Below are positions 27,713-37,592 of a DNA stretch of 64,000 bases, piece after piece. The position numbers were made by a program, and so were the translations under genes. The number at the start of each line of letters is the position of its first letter. Position 1 is the stretch's first letter. Source of the DNA: Cenarchaeum sp. (GTDB lineage Archaea > Thermoproteota > Nitrososphaeria > Nitrososphaerales > Nitrosopumilaceae); contig CBDESU010000001.1 of NCBI GenBank assembly GCA_965242695.1, positions 1,536,001-1,600,000 on the forward strand, written 5' to 3'. The notes under the pieces were generated by a model. It did no database searches and was not told where the DNA came from. It worked only from the letters and a program-made list of their open reading frames with translations.

Positions 27713-29306
27713 GACCTGGGTAGTTATGCGTATTCGAATCGTACTGTTATAATACGTACCAATTGACGAGATTTGCGCGGAACATCCCGCGATGTTTTGC
27801 GAAATTGAAGAAACTCTGATCGAATTACGGACTTCGATCGCAGAAATGCGTCAAATCGGGGCGAAATTTCCGGGCAGAGGTCGAAATCGGGGCCGTTTTC
27901 GGCATGCCGTCCGGCGGCATGCGCCCTGCGAAACTATTTTGCATGCGGCGCAACGGCCGCGGCGCGCTATCCGAACGTCTTGTACGGCTTTCTGCCGACC
28001 CAGCCGATCTCGGGCCGCTCTCCCTTCGGGCCCTTTGCGTGCGACCTCCCGGGGTCGATGCACCCCATCAGCCTCTGGAGGTTGACGACCCCCGTGATGA
28101 ACACGACCATGTTTCCCAGGCCGACGATGGTCCCGCGGAATATCCCGCCGACCAGGGGGTAGATCTTTATCCTGCGGAACTCGTTCTCTGCGATCGACCT
28201 TGGCGCGTCGATGCTGTAGTTGTACGCGCAGTCCTCGGCGGACAGCTCCTTCTGCCCCTTGGCCTTCTTCCGGGGGATCCTGACGTCGGCGCCGGGCCAC
28301 TCCTTGTCGGCCGTCAGCATGGCCTTGTCGACGTTGACCGTCATGCGCAGCTCCTCCGGCGTGGCGGGGTCCTCCATGCTCCTTGTGATGTCGCCCAGGA
28401 AGGGGAGGGTCTCGCGGAGCGCGACTATGTTGTGCTTGCGGCCCTCCATGATCTCGCCCATGGCCAGGAGCAGGCCGGCCTGGGCGCACAGGAACACCGC
28501 CTTTGCGGTCGTCGTCTGGGCCTTGCCCGAGAACGCCGCCTCGTTGGACTCCCTGTCGCCCGGCGCCTCGATCTCAAACTCGGTGACGTCGCAGTTGATC
28601 ACGCGGCCGATCGCCTCGATGACCTCGTCGCCGGGAGTCTCGGCGATCTCGTCGGCAACGGCCACGATCGTCGGCATCGTCCGGGGGTTCGTCAGGAGCG
28701 CCAGGGTCAGGCTCAGGTACCGCGATATGGTCGTCTGGTCTATGCCGAACTTGCTCTCGAGCATCTCCTGCGGGTTGCCGCTGCGGGCCGCATGCAGGAT
28801 GAGGAAGGGCATGTGGGCCGGAAGGATCCTGCACCGGTTGCCCTGCCAGCCGGCCCTGTGCTCGTCGACGCCGCCCCGGGCCAGCGGCATGGCCAGGTTC
28901 CCCCTCAGGCCGTCCTTGACGCATGCGACCATGTAAAAGTAGGGGCGCGGATCCACGCCCGTCTCGGCGCGCAGCCGGGCCGGGTCGCGTATCACGTTGT
29001 CTAGCATGACGGTGCATGCGGCGCGATCGTACTCGTCCGGATCGGCGTGCCCCTTCATGGCATCGGCCTTGCGCGCATCCGCCTCCGCCTCGAACAGCTT
29101 CTGCTCGGGCAGGGCATACTCGTCGAGCATGGCGCGCTCGACGGTGAGCCACTTGAATGCGGGCATCTTTTCGTACTTGCATCCCATGATGCTTCGGATG
29201 ACGTACCTTTCTTCCGCCATGCCGCCTGTCGCGGCCGTCCTTGTACCCCACAGTGGTCAATAATTTTTTACCTGCGGTCAGCTCTTTACGCATGACTGCC
29301 CTGGTC
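27713..29306 (-). mobile_element. IS5-family (ISL2/DDE_Tnp_4-like) insertion sequence, 1594 bp
   Basis: Imperfect 20-bp TIRs GACCTGGGTAGTTATGCGTA (27713-27732) and TACGCATGACTGCCCTGGTC (29287-29306). 3-bp flanking duplication GAA. Confidence 0.85.
27967..29220 (-). CDS. DDE transposase (DDE_Tnp_4 with HTH)
   Basis: HTH KFGIDQTTISRY; D (NCDVTE), FSGK, D (VDK), PRKK...ELSAED..YN...RSIAE (E). Confidence 0.88.
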   Translation of the reverse strand: MAEERYVIRSIMGCKYEKMPAFKWLTVERAMLDEYALPEQKLFEAEADARKADAMKGHADPDEYDRAACTVMLDNVIRDPARLRAETGVDPRPYFYMVACVKDGLRGNLAMPLARGGVDEHRAGWQGNRCRILPAHMPFLILHAARSGNPQEMLESKFGIDQTTISRYLSLTLALLTNPRTMPTIVAVADEIAETPGDEVIEAIGRVINCDVTEFEIEAPGDRESNEAAFSGKAQTTTAKAVFLCAQAGLLLAMGEIMEGRKHNIVALRETLPFLGDITRSMEDPATPEELRMTVNVDKAMLTADKEWPGADVRIPRKKAKGQKELSAEDCAYNYSIDAPRSIAENEFRRIKIYPLVGGIFRGTIVGLGNMVVFITGVVNLQRLMGCIDPGRSHAKGPKGERPEIGWVGRKPYKTFG

Positions 29307-29381
29307 GAAGAGTTCTCCGTCTGAATCATTCCAGAAGTCGAGCCGGCGCCAGGCCCCTTGCAAGCGTCGCCCCGGATGCCG

Positions 29382-30254
29382 CTACTGCCGGCCGCCGCCG
29401 GCGTCCTCTTCCCGCGCCGCCTCGTCCCGCTCCCGCGCCGCAGACGCGAGCGCCCTAGCGAAAGAGTCGATCGCCGCGGCGCGGTTCTTTGCCTTTACTA
29501 TCCCGCTTGCGACGAGTATCCCGGTCGAGCCGAGGAGGACGGCCTGGCGGACGTCCTCGGCCGTCACGATGCCCGCGCCGCACAGCAGGCGCGGCCGGGG
29601 CGAGGCCGGCTTCCCCCTTGCCTTTGGCGGCAGCACGGCCCGGTCCACCACCTTGGCGGCCCGCATGATCAGGCCCGGCCTCTCCTTCGAGACGGCGCGC
29701 CCCGTCCCGATCAGCGCAGGCGGCTCGAGCGCCACGTAGTCGGGGGCGAACGTCGACACCGTCCCCACCTCGGCCCCCGTGGCGGCGCACATGACCGACA
29801 AGAGGCCCTGCCCGCGCAGGCGCTCGACTGCGCGCCTCCTGTGCCTCGGGAGTATCCGAAACTCGCTGTGGTTTACGATGGATCCGTCGGCCCCGGTGGC
29901 CCTTACGGCCTCGGCCGTCGTCTGGCCCGTCGTGCTACCCAGGTCGGCCGCATCCGTGTGCTGCGCCAGTATGAGCGGCCTGTTCGGGGCCCTAGAGCGC
30001 CGGCGGCCCTGCATCGCCGTCTCGAGCGCCGCGCCCGTGTCGAGGGCCGCGCCGCCGCCTAGCGCCCACGACGGCACCTCGGCCGACGGCGTAGCGCCGG
30101 CCGCCTCTGCCGCCATGGCAAGCATCGTCGCCGGCGGGGCGACGGCGATCGGGATGCCGTGCCTGGCCGACGATCGGCGCGCCTGCTCGATGAGTGTGCG
30201 CATGTCCCGCGGCGCCATGACCTCGGCATAGTTCTTGCAGTTGATTATGAACAC
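29382..30254 (-). CDS. tpiA: Triosephosphate isomerase (archaeal type) with low-complexity insertions
   Basis: IINCKNY, AQH.D, GSIVNHSE, ALEPPALIGTG, LLCGAGI and GILVASG motifs. Confidence 0.93.
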   Translation of the reverse strand: MFIINCKNYAEVMAPRDMRTLIEQARRSSARHGIPIAVAPPATMLAMAAEAAGATPSAEVPSWALGGGAALDTGAALETAMQGRRRSRAPNRPLILAQHTDAADLGSTTGQTTAEAVRATGADGSIVNHSEFRILPRHRRRAVERLRGQGLLSVMCAATGAEVGTVSTFAPDYVALEPPALIGTGRAVSKERPGLIMRAAKVVDRAVLPPKARGKPASPRPRLLCGAGIVTAEDVRQAVLLGSTGILVASGIVKAKNRAAAIDSFARALASAARERDEAAREEDAGGGRQ

Positions 30255-30833
30255 GGTCGGGGCCGCGCCAAGCACGGCGTATTTTATCGCTTTGGGGCGC
30301 GGCCAGGCGGCGCGCCCGGCCCCGCGCGCCCGCCCTGCCCGCGGCCAGCAGGCGGCATCTCGCAGGCGAGCTAGGCTGCGCTCCGGCGCCATGCGCCCGT
30401 ACAGGCCGCACATACTGGCGGCGGGGCCGGAAGGGCGCGGCGCCGCATGCCGGCCGGCCCGGTGCCGCCCGCGGCGGCGCTGAAGGAGGCGCCAGTGACG
30501 GCACGGCCGGCGCGGCAGGCGTGCAGCGTGACGGCGGCATGGTCGAGCCCCGCGCGCCACCGCCCGCGGCCGAGCCCCCGCGCGCAGGGCCCGCGGCCCG
30601 TGGCGAACTGCAGTCCGGCCGGCCCGCGGCCAGCGCCGGCCGGATGCCGGCCATGCCCGGGCGCCCTGCGCGAGGATGGGCGTCGCGGCGGGCCGCCGAT
30701 CCCTTTGGCATCGTGTGGCCCGCATCACCGGCAGGCGCCAGGTGCCAAACCGTCCGGTTATGACACAAAGCATTCCCCGGCGGGCACGAGTGGGTTCGGA
30801 TTGGCAAGGCGCCAGGTAGTACGGCAGTGAGGC

Positions 30834-31643
30834 ATGTCGGTCCAATTATTACCCGATCGGCGCGCAAGATCGCTTATATCGAACGCAGATGCCTCCCGCG
30901 CCGTGCAGGCTGCAAGGCAGGAACAGCAAACAGGCCACGCAGTGCTGGGGAGTAGTAGCAGGCTAGCCGGGGCGGCAACCGCTACCAACGGCGTCGCCGG
31001 GTTCAAGGACATGTTCATCTCGCTCGTCGATCCGGCCGGCCTGCTCGACATGGAGGCGTGCCGCAGGATGGCCGGCAGAATGGAAGAGGCGGCGTCGAGG
31101 ACGGGGCACAGGGCCGGCGCCAGGATGGCGGCCATCCTGTCCGACATGTTTGCCGCCGCGGACGACATTGCGGACAGGCCCGTCGAGGACGGGTCGCTGG
31201 GCCACACGTGGGTATCCCACGGGTTCATGATGGGCGCGCTGTACGATACTGCAGAGGCGTACAGGGACGGCGGGGACGCCGAGCCGGTCGGCGAGCTGGA
31301 GGATGCAAGGGACATGATCGAGCGCCAGAGGGCCAGGGCCAACAGGCGCCGCGAGCAGCTGAGGGCTGCCGGCGGCCCGCCCGGCGCTAGCCTTCCGGGG
31401 ATCGAAAGGATGCACGTGGGCAGGGTGTGCAGGGACGTGGCAAGGGAAGGGCAGGAAAAGGTGCGAGCGCAACAGAGGGAATGGGGCAATGATTCCGTGT
31501 TCCCGCCGAAGGCAAGGGCGCCCGGCGAGGAGTGTAAGGAATGCAAGGATGCCGGCATATCGGCGGCCGCAATTCTGGAGATGATGAGGGGCAACATCCC
31601 CGACGGGTACGAGCTGGTGCGGGCTGGCAGGGGAGACAGGTAG
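30834..31643 (+). CDS. Hypothetical protein upstream of the PIN-like ORF
   Basis: Helical, charged ORF; start uncertain; no family recognised. Confidence 0.55.
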   Translation: MSVQLLPDRRARSLISNADASRAVQAARQEQQTGHAVLGSSSRLAGAATATNGVAGFKDMFISLVDPAGLLDMEACRRMAGRMEEAASRTGHRAGARMAAILSDMFAAADDIADRPVEDGSLGHTWVSHGFMMGALYDTAEAYRDGGDAEPVGELEDARDMIERQRARANRRREQLRAAGGPPGASLPGIERMHVGRVCRDVAREGQEKVRAQQREWGNDSVFPPKARAPGEECKECKDAGISAAAILEMMRGNIPDGYELVRAGRGDR

Positions 31644-31731
31644 GAAGAGGGCGGCGGAAGCCGCTGGCGCCGAGGCCGGAGACTCCGGCCTGCTCGCCGG
31701 GCTTGAAACGGGGGTCAACGGCAGCTTCGAG

Positions 31732-32763
31732 ACCGTATACACCTGCCTAGACGGCAGCATGCTCGTGGTGCTGCCAAATCCAGGCGGCATGCACCGCGAC
31801 GACGCGCTCGGGGCGCTCCGCGCGATAGTGAGGAGCGGGTACAAGATGATCACCTCGCTGCTGGCCGTCATGGAGGCAGTCGCCGCCGTCCGCAGAAGAA
31901 TCGCAGGTTCGCACAAGTGCAGATCGGGAAGCGCCGAGGAGCTGGCCGGCGTCGAGGCGCACGTGCAGAGCATGGCCAACAGGGTGTCCGAACATTCGTA
32001 CGACATGTCGAAGGCCGGACTCTGGGTCATCATGGATGCGAAGGGCAAGTCGCCCGACCTCGAGCTCCCGTACGGCAAGGCGCTCGGGCATGCAGGCCGC
32101 GTCGTGGCGGTCGCCAAGGGCGACAGGTTCAGGCATCGCGGGGTCGGATCGTGCGACAGGCCGCACTTTTGGCTAGCATTGATCGCCGGCGCGGCGACAA
32201 TCTGCGCGGCGGACAAGGCGTTTGCCGATATTCCCGGCAGCGACGAAGAGTTCGGGGGCATCGCGGTGCAGCCGACGTCGGGGCCGCTCGTCGACTTGCT
32301 GGCCCGAGCTCCGCAGTGCGGGCCTGCCGCCCGCCAGGGCAGGGGCATTGGCCGCAGCGACAGGATGCGAGGCGGCCGAGAAGTGAGTGATCGGCAGGAC
32401 GAAGAGGGGCAGGACGGGGTCAAAGCGATGTGCGAACCTGCCGTGGCAGGGGCCGCCCTGCCTTGGCCCATAGGCAGACATCCAGGCCCCAGAGTCAACC
32501 GCGCCACGGCCGCCCCCGGCGCGCGCGTCGCCTGCCAGGGGCTTGAACGCGCGCGGGCCGCACGAGGTCATATCCCCCCCACACACACGCTCCGGGCTGG
32601 CGGCGGGCGGCGGGCATCCTGTCTGTATGAGCCGAGCGCCTGGGCGGCCGGACGCAGGGGGAGGCGGCGGGCAGCACTTCGCCTGCGCGCAGCCGGCGGC
32701 AGGGCAGGGGCGCCGGCGGCCCAGTGCGCGCTAGCCGCACCTGCACGCCGACAACGCCCATAA
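31732..32763 (+). pseudogene. Degenerate PIN-domain (VapC-like) gene
   Basis: In-frame YTCLDGSMLV...LAVMEAV...GSCDRPH..ALIAGA..ICAADKAF matches the PIN D/E/D/D layout. There is no clear start, and a low-complexity read-through tail follows about 32330. Confidence 0.55.
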
Positions 32764-32797
32764 CAGTGGTTATATAGGGCCGCATTCGCCCGCGCCC

Positions 32798-34051
32798 GTG
32801 GGACGACTGAGGATATACATCTTCTCTGCTACGAATCTAGAGCTTGGCGACTTGGTCAATGCGCTAGTAAAGTTCTATCGCCTAGCCGCCAAACTGGATA
32901 GCACCGATCCGGACATTGTCAACGTGGTGGTCATCAGGATGTCGACTACGCTGGAGCAGGTTGGAAGGCATCTCTGGAAGCTCTACCTGGACGGGCACCC
33001 AAACGACGAGACGATCGAGATTGTCATATCACCCCACGGCTTTGACAGCGTAAGGCACATGACGGCGGCAGAGCTGGTTGCAAGCAGCAGGAACATCTCG
33101 AACACGGGCGACCTCAGGTCGATTTTTGACAAGTGCGGCCTGGGCCGCATCCTTGACGGCGAGGCGGAGGCCGATGCGCGCATCGTCATGGGCCAGCGCA
33201 ACATGGTCGTCCACGGCACAATGGATGCCGACGCAGACATGGGCCGCTTGTACACGTCGATCGAGGGGCTGATCCGCAGGGCGTTGTCGCACGACGAGCA
33301 GGGGCTTCTCATGATGTACGTTGCAAAGGCGACCGTGGCGGAGATGCTCGACGGCGGTCCCTTCCAGCCAGACAAGTGCCACGAGGATGTCGTGATGCAG
33401 TCCAAGAGAGTCAAGGGAGGGGATCAAGCGTTCACACTGCATTCTAGGGGACACTCGCTCGGCGCGCTGGGAAGAAACGTCGAGGCGCTGGAAGCGTACG
33501 ACGCCGCAGTCGGGATCGACCCCGCAGATGCCGCCGCGCACGCAGGCAGGGGCGGCGCGCTCGCCGCGATGGATCGCGTTGCCGAGGCGCTGGAGGCGTA
33601 CGATCGGGCGGCGGATTTAGATCCCGGCTTTGCCCCCTTCCACTTGTTCCGTGGCGGCGCGCTCGCCGCGCTGGGCAGGGACGACGAGGCTCTGGAGGCG
33701 TACGACGCCGCAGTCGGGATCGACCCCGCAGATGCCGCCGCGCACGCAGGCAGGGGCGGCGCGCTCGCCGCGATGGATCGCGTTGCCGAGGCGCTGGAGG
33801 CGTACGATCGGGCGGCGGATTTAGATCCCGGCTTTGCCCCCTTCCACTTGTTCCGTGGCGGCGCGCTCGCCGCGCTGGGCAGGGACGACGAGGCTCTGGA
33901 GGCGTACGATCGGGCGGCAGGGATCGATCCACTGTACGCAGAGGCGCAAGCCGGCAGGGGCGACGCGCTCGCCGCGCTGGGCAGGGACGACGAGGCGCAA
34001 GCGGCCCACGAAACGGCATCTCGTCTGTCAAGCAGCACAGATCACCCCTAG
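32798..34051 (+). CDS. HEPN-like (RiboL-PSP-HEPN-type) domain plus TPR-repeat protein
   Basis: VVIRMSTTLEQ, ELVASSRNISN and QRNMVVHG (RxxxxH, 33197-33214), then about 6 TPRs including an exact 204-bp internal duplication. TTATATA upstream. Confidence 0.8.
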   Translation: MGRLRIYIFSATNLELGDLVNALVKFYRLAAKLDSTDPDIVNVVVIRMSTTLEQVGRHLWKLYLDGHPNDETIEIVISPHGFDSVRHMTAAELVASSRNISNTGDLRSIFDKCGLGRILDGEAEADARIVMGQRNMVVHGTMDADADMGRLYTSIEGLIRRALSHDEQGLLMMYVAKATVAEMLDGGPFQPDKCHEDVVMQSKRVKGGDQAFTLHSRGHSLGALGRNVEALEAYDAAVGIDPADAAAHAGRGGALAAMDRVAEALEAYDRAADLDPGFAPFHLFRGGALAALGRDDEALEAYDAAVGIDPADAAAHAGRGGALAAMDRVAEALEAYDRAADLDPGFAPFHLFRGGALAALGRDDEALEAYDRAAGIDPLYAEAQAGRGDALAALGRDDEAQAAHETASRLSSSTDHP

Positions 34052-35057
34052 TGTACGCATCGCAGAGAATGAAGACCTAGCACAACTACGTGCAGTGCGT
34101 CTGCAAGCCGTGCCGACGGCGGCCCGACGCCACTCGACGGAGCAACGGCCTGGTGCCGCCTGCCTACAACGGGAGCTCCGCGCAGATCAAGGCCGTGCCA
34201 CCACACGTCGGTGCCACATCAACTCAAGCACCTTTTTCCCCGGCGATCGCCTTTCTCGTCCCGGGTCGGCGTTGCATCGATCTGAGTCCATCCACGTCAA
34301 ACCATATTAGGCGGTGTTCAGGTCGATGCATACGGGCCTTGATGTGGGCCTTGATGTGGGCCTTGAGGCGGGCCCTGCGGACCTCAAGATCGTCGCCGAG
34401 GGCGCCCCCAAGGATACGGCCTCCATCCTCGCCGGCGACCCGGACACGGCTTGCGGGTAGCAGACTGCGGGCATTGCTCCGGTTCGCCCCACAGTCCGGC
34501 CCGTGCGGCTTGCCGGCACCACGCGCGCCAGCAACGGCCTCTACAGACTCCGCCTCCGCGTCCATGGTGGGCGGCCATCTCCACGCCATATAACTTTTGC
34601 CCGCCTCGGCTAGGGCGTTGCCGGGTACCGCCTGAACCTCGTCGCTTGACCATTCACGCAGTTGCCACGAGCCCGCCTGGCGGCATGTAACAGCCCCTAT
34701 ATGCGGCGCATCTGCGGCCCGTGCGTGGACTACAGCTCGGGGCAGGGCGCCTGCAGCAGCCGCAGCACGACGGACAGGCGCGCGGACAGGGCGGCGCCAG
34801 GCCGGGTCCGGCCCAGGGAGGAGACGGGTAGGGCCTCGCAACAACGGCGGCCCCAGCGCGCACCCTAACATGGGCCGAGGCCGAGACGATGGATATCCTG
34901 GCCGACGGCGACATGATGGAGTGCATTGCAGAGGGCAGGGAGGACGCAAAGGCAGGCAGGCTCGTCGAATGGAAGCCGCAAGGCGCAGGGCATGCGCGGC
35001 CCGCATGACCCCGGGCGGGGCATGATCAGGAAGCGGCGCCCGCAACATCAGTAGATG

Positions 35058-35133
35058 CCGTGTTGCACAGCCGCGCTGTTGACGCCTACGGCAAGGCGTG
35101 CGTAGGCGTCAGAATGAACCTTGTGCAGCACGG
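35058..35133 (+). ncRNA. Nested hairpin element, copy 1 (structured RNA or ssDNA candidate)
   Basis: Outer stem CCGTGTTGCACA/TGTGCAGCACGG; inner perfect stem TGACGCCTACG/CGTAGGCGTCA. Confidence 0.5.
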
Positions 35134-35579
35134 TAGATTATGCCGTTGTGGGCGCGCAGCCGCGCTCGCCGCACCGCCTCGTGCCGGTTCCGGGGAGGGT
35201 GGGCCAAAACGGGCAGGGTCGCGCGCCTTCTGCAGCCTCCGCCCGACCGCTGCCGCCCCGGCTCCGCTCTGGCGAGAGGCTGCTGATCGTCGATGCGATG
35301 GGTCGGGCAGGCGGCCGGACTGGCTGCGGGCCGCTGCATCGGGCGCATGCGGATGGTAGACCGCTCCCGATGCAGGAGGGCGCCATGGAGTACGGGGCCG
35401 CATGGCCGCGGATCGAATGGATGACGGAGGCCGGCGCGCGATCGCATGTCCGACACGGAACGGGGGCCGGCGCCAGGCGGTGGCCTGATGGGACTGCGCC
35501 CGCGAATCCGCTCCGGGCCGGGCGCGGGGGCGGGGCCGGCGGGGGCGCGCGCGGGCAGCGGATCTGGAGGCCCCGAGGG

Positions 35580-35888
35580 CGAGGCGGCAGGGGCGACGCG
35601 CTCGCCGCGCTGGATCGTGTTGCCGAGGCGCTGGAGGCGTACGATCGGGCGGTGGATTTGGATCCCGACTTCGCCCCCTTCCACTCGTTCCGTGGCAATG
35701 CGCTCGCCGCGCTGGATCGTGTTGCCGAGGCGCTGGAGGCGTACGATCGGGCGGTAGGGATCGATCCACTGTACGCAGAGGCGCATGCCGGCAGGGGCGA
35801 CGCGCTCGCCGCGCTGGGCAGGGACGACGAGGCGAAAGTAGCCCACGAAACGGCATCTCGCCTGTCAAGCAGCACAGATCACCCCTAG
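35580..35888 (+). pseudogene. Truncated TPR gene fragment (duplicate of the 3' end of 32798..34051)
   Basis: About 3 TPRs without the HEPN domain or a credible start. Confidence 0.7.
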
Positions 35889-36059
35889 TGCCCACATCGC
35901 AGAGAATGGAGACATGGCGCAACTACGTGCAGTGCGTCTGCAAGCCATGCCGACGGCGGCCCGACGCCACTCGACGGGCAACGGCCTGGTGCCGCCTGCC
36001 TACAACGGGAGCTCCGCGCAGATCAAGGCCGTGCCACCGCACGCCGGTGCCGCATCAAC

Positions 36060-36389
36060 TCAAGCGCCTTTTTCCCCGGCGATTGCTTTTCTCGTCCCGG
36101 GTCGGCGGTATATCGAGTTGAATGCATCCGTGTCAAACCATAATAATATGTGCTCACGTCGAAGCATGCGGTCCTTGAAGCGGGCCTTGATGCGGGCCTT
36201 GCGAGCCTCAAGATCGTCGCCAAGGGCGCCCCCGAGGATACGACCGCCATCCTCGCCGGCGACTCGGTCGCGGCTTGCGGGTGACAGACTGCTGGCAGTG
36301 CTCCGGTTCGCCCCATAGTCCGGCCCGTGCGGCTTGCTGGCGCCACGCGCGCCGGCAGCGACCCCTACAGGCTCCGTTTCCGCACCCAT
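36060..36389 (-). CDS. Hypothetical protein; paralogue at about 34224..34565
   Basis: Frame conserved in both copies of the duplication. Copy 1 has a 12-bp repeat expansion (KAHIKAHIKAR). Confidence 0.35.
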   Translation of the reverse strand: MGAETEPVGVAAGARGASKPHGPDYGANRSTASSLSPASRDRVAGEDGGRILGGALGDDLEARKARIKARFKDRMLRREHILLWFDTDAFNSIYRRPGTRKAIAGEKGA

Positions 36390-36524
36390 GGGGGGCGGCC
36401 ATCTCTACTCCATATAACTTTTGTCCGCCCCGGCGAGGGCGTCGCCAGGTGCCGCCTGAACCTCGTTGCTTGACCATTCACGCGGTTACCACGAGCCCGC
36501 CCGGCGGCCTGCAACAACCCCTAT

Positions 36525-36824
36525 ATGCGGCGCATTCATGGCCCGTGCGTGGACGACAGTACGGGACAGAGCGCCTGCAGCACGGCGGCACAGGCGCGCG
36601 GACAGGACGGCGCCAGGCCGGGTCCGGCCCAGGGAGGAGACGGGCAGGGCCTCGCAACAACGGCGGCCCCCGCTCGCACCCTCACATGGGCCGAGGCCGA
36701 GACGATGGACATCCTGGCCGACGGCGACATGATGGAGAGCATCGTAGAGGGCAGGGAGGACGCAAAGGCCGGCCGGGTCGTCGAATGGAAGCCGCAAGGT
36801 GCGGGGCATGCGCGGCCCGCATGA
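36525..36824 (+). CDS. Antitoxin-like small protein; frameshifted paralogue at about 34701..35008
   Basis: ETMDILADGDMMESIVEGREDAKAGRV resembles the C-terminal toxin-binding segment of Phd/YefM-type antitoxins. Confidence 0.5.
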   Translation: MRRIHGPCVDDSTGQSACSTAAQARGQDGARPGPAQGGDGQGLATTAAPARTLTWAEAETMDILADGDMMESIVEGREDAKAGRVVEWKPQGAGHARPA

Positions 36825-36875
36825 CCCCGGTGTCGGGGCATGATCGGGAAGCGGCGCCCGCAGCATCAGTAGATG

Positions 36876-36951
36876 CCGTGTTGTATAGCCTCACTGTTGA
36901 CGCCTACGGCGAGGCGCGCGTAGGCGTCAGAATGAAGATTGTGCAGCACGG
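36876..36951 (+). ncRNA. Nested hairpin element, copy 2
   Basis: Same stems as copy 1; C>T changes in the left arm keep G.U pairing. Confidence 0.5.
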
Positions 36952-37592
36952 TAACTTGTGCCGTTGCGCGGCGCGCTCGCCGCTCCGCCTCGTGCCGGTT
37001 CCGTGGAGGGTGGGCCAAAGCGGCAGGGTCACGCGCCTTTTGCAGCCTCCGCCCGACAGCTGCCGCCCCGGCTCCGCTCTGGCAAGAGGCTGCTGATCGT
37101 CGATGCGATGGGTCGGGCAGGCGGCCGGACTGGCCGCGGGCCGCTGCATCGGGCGCATGCGGATGGCAAAGGCCGATCCCGATGCAGGTGGGCGCCCATG
37201 GAGTGCGGGGGCCGCATGGCCGCGGATCGAATGGATGACGGAGGCCGCCGCGCGATCGCATGTCCGACACGGAACGGGGGTCGTCGCCGGGCGGCGGCCG
37301 GATGGGACTGCGCCTGCGAATCCGCGCCGGGCTGGGCGCAGGGGCGGGGCCGGCGCGGGCGAACGCGGGCGGCGGATCTGGAGGCCCCAAGGGCGAGGCG
37401 GCAGGGGCGCGCTAGGCGGTCGGAGGGAGATGCGGCGCTACGGCATTGCTACAAGGGGGCCGGCGCCGCAGGGCCCCGAGCTCTGCATGCGGAGGCACCG
37501 GCGCAGCGGCCCGCGCCGCGGCTTGGATCCGCGCATGCGGAGCATCCCGTTCCCTCGTGCAGGCCGCCCTGGCGGGGCAGTGTCTTCGCGGC

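Larger units (their letters stand above)
33750..37410 (+). repeat. Diverged tandem duplication of a ~1.83-kb block (TPR tail, minus-strand ORF, antitoxin-like ORF, hairpin element)
   Basis: ...ASRLSSSTDHP* ends at both 34051 and 35888, and the downstream sequences align throughout. Boundaries are approximate. Confidence 0.9.

Noticed and set aside
34224-34565. RelE/ParE toxin
   Set aside because: Only superficial resemblance (HRLIWFD), opposite strand to the antitoxin-like ORF, and the family motifs are not convincing.
35058-35133. Integron attC site or C/D-box kink-turn
   Set aside because: No RYYYAAC/GTTRRRY boxes, no integrase in the window and no tandem GA pairs across the internal loop. 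Left unassigned.
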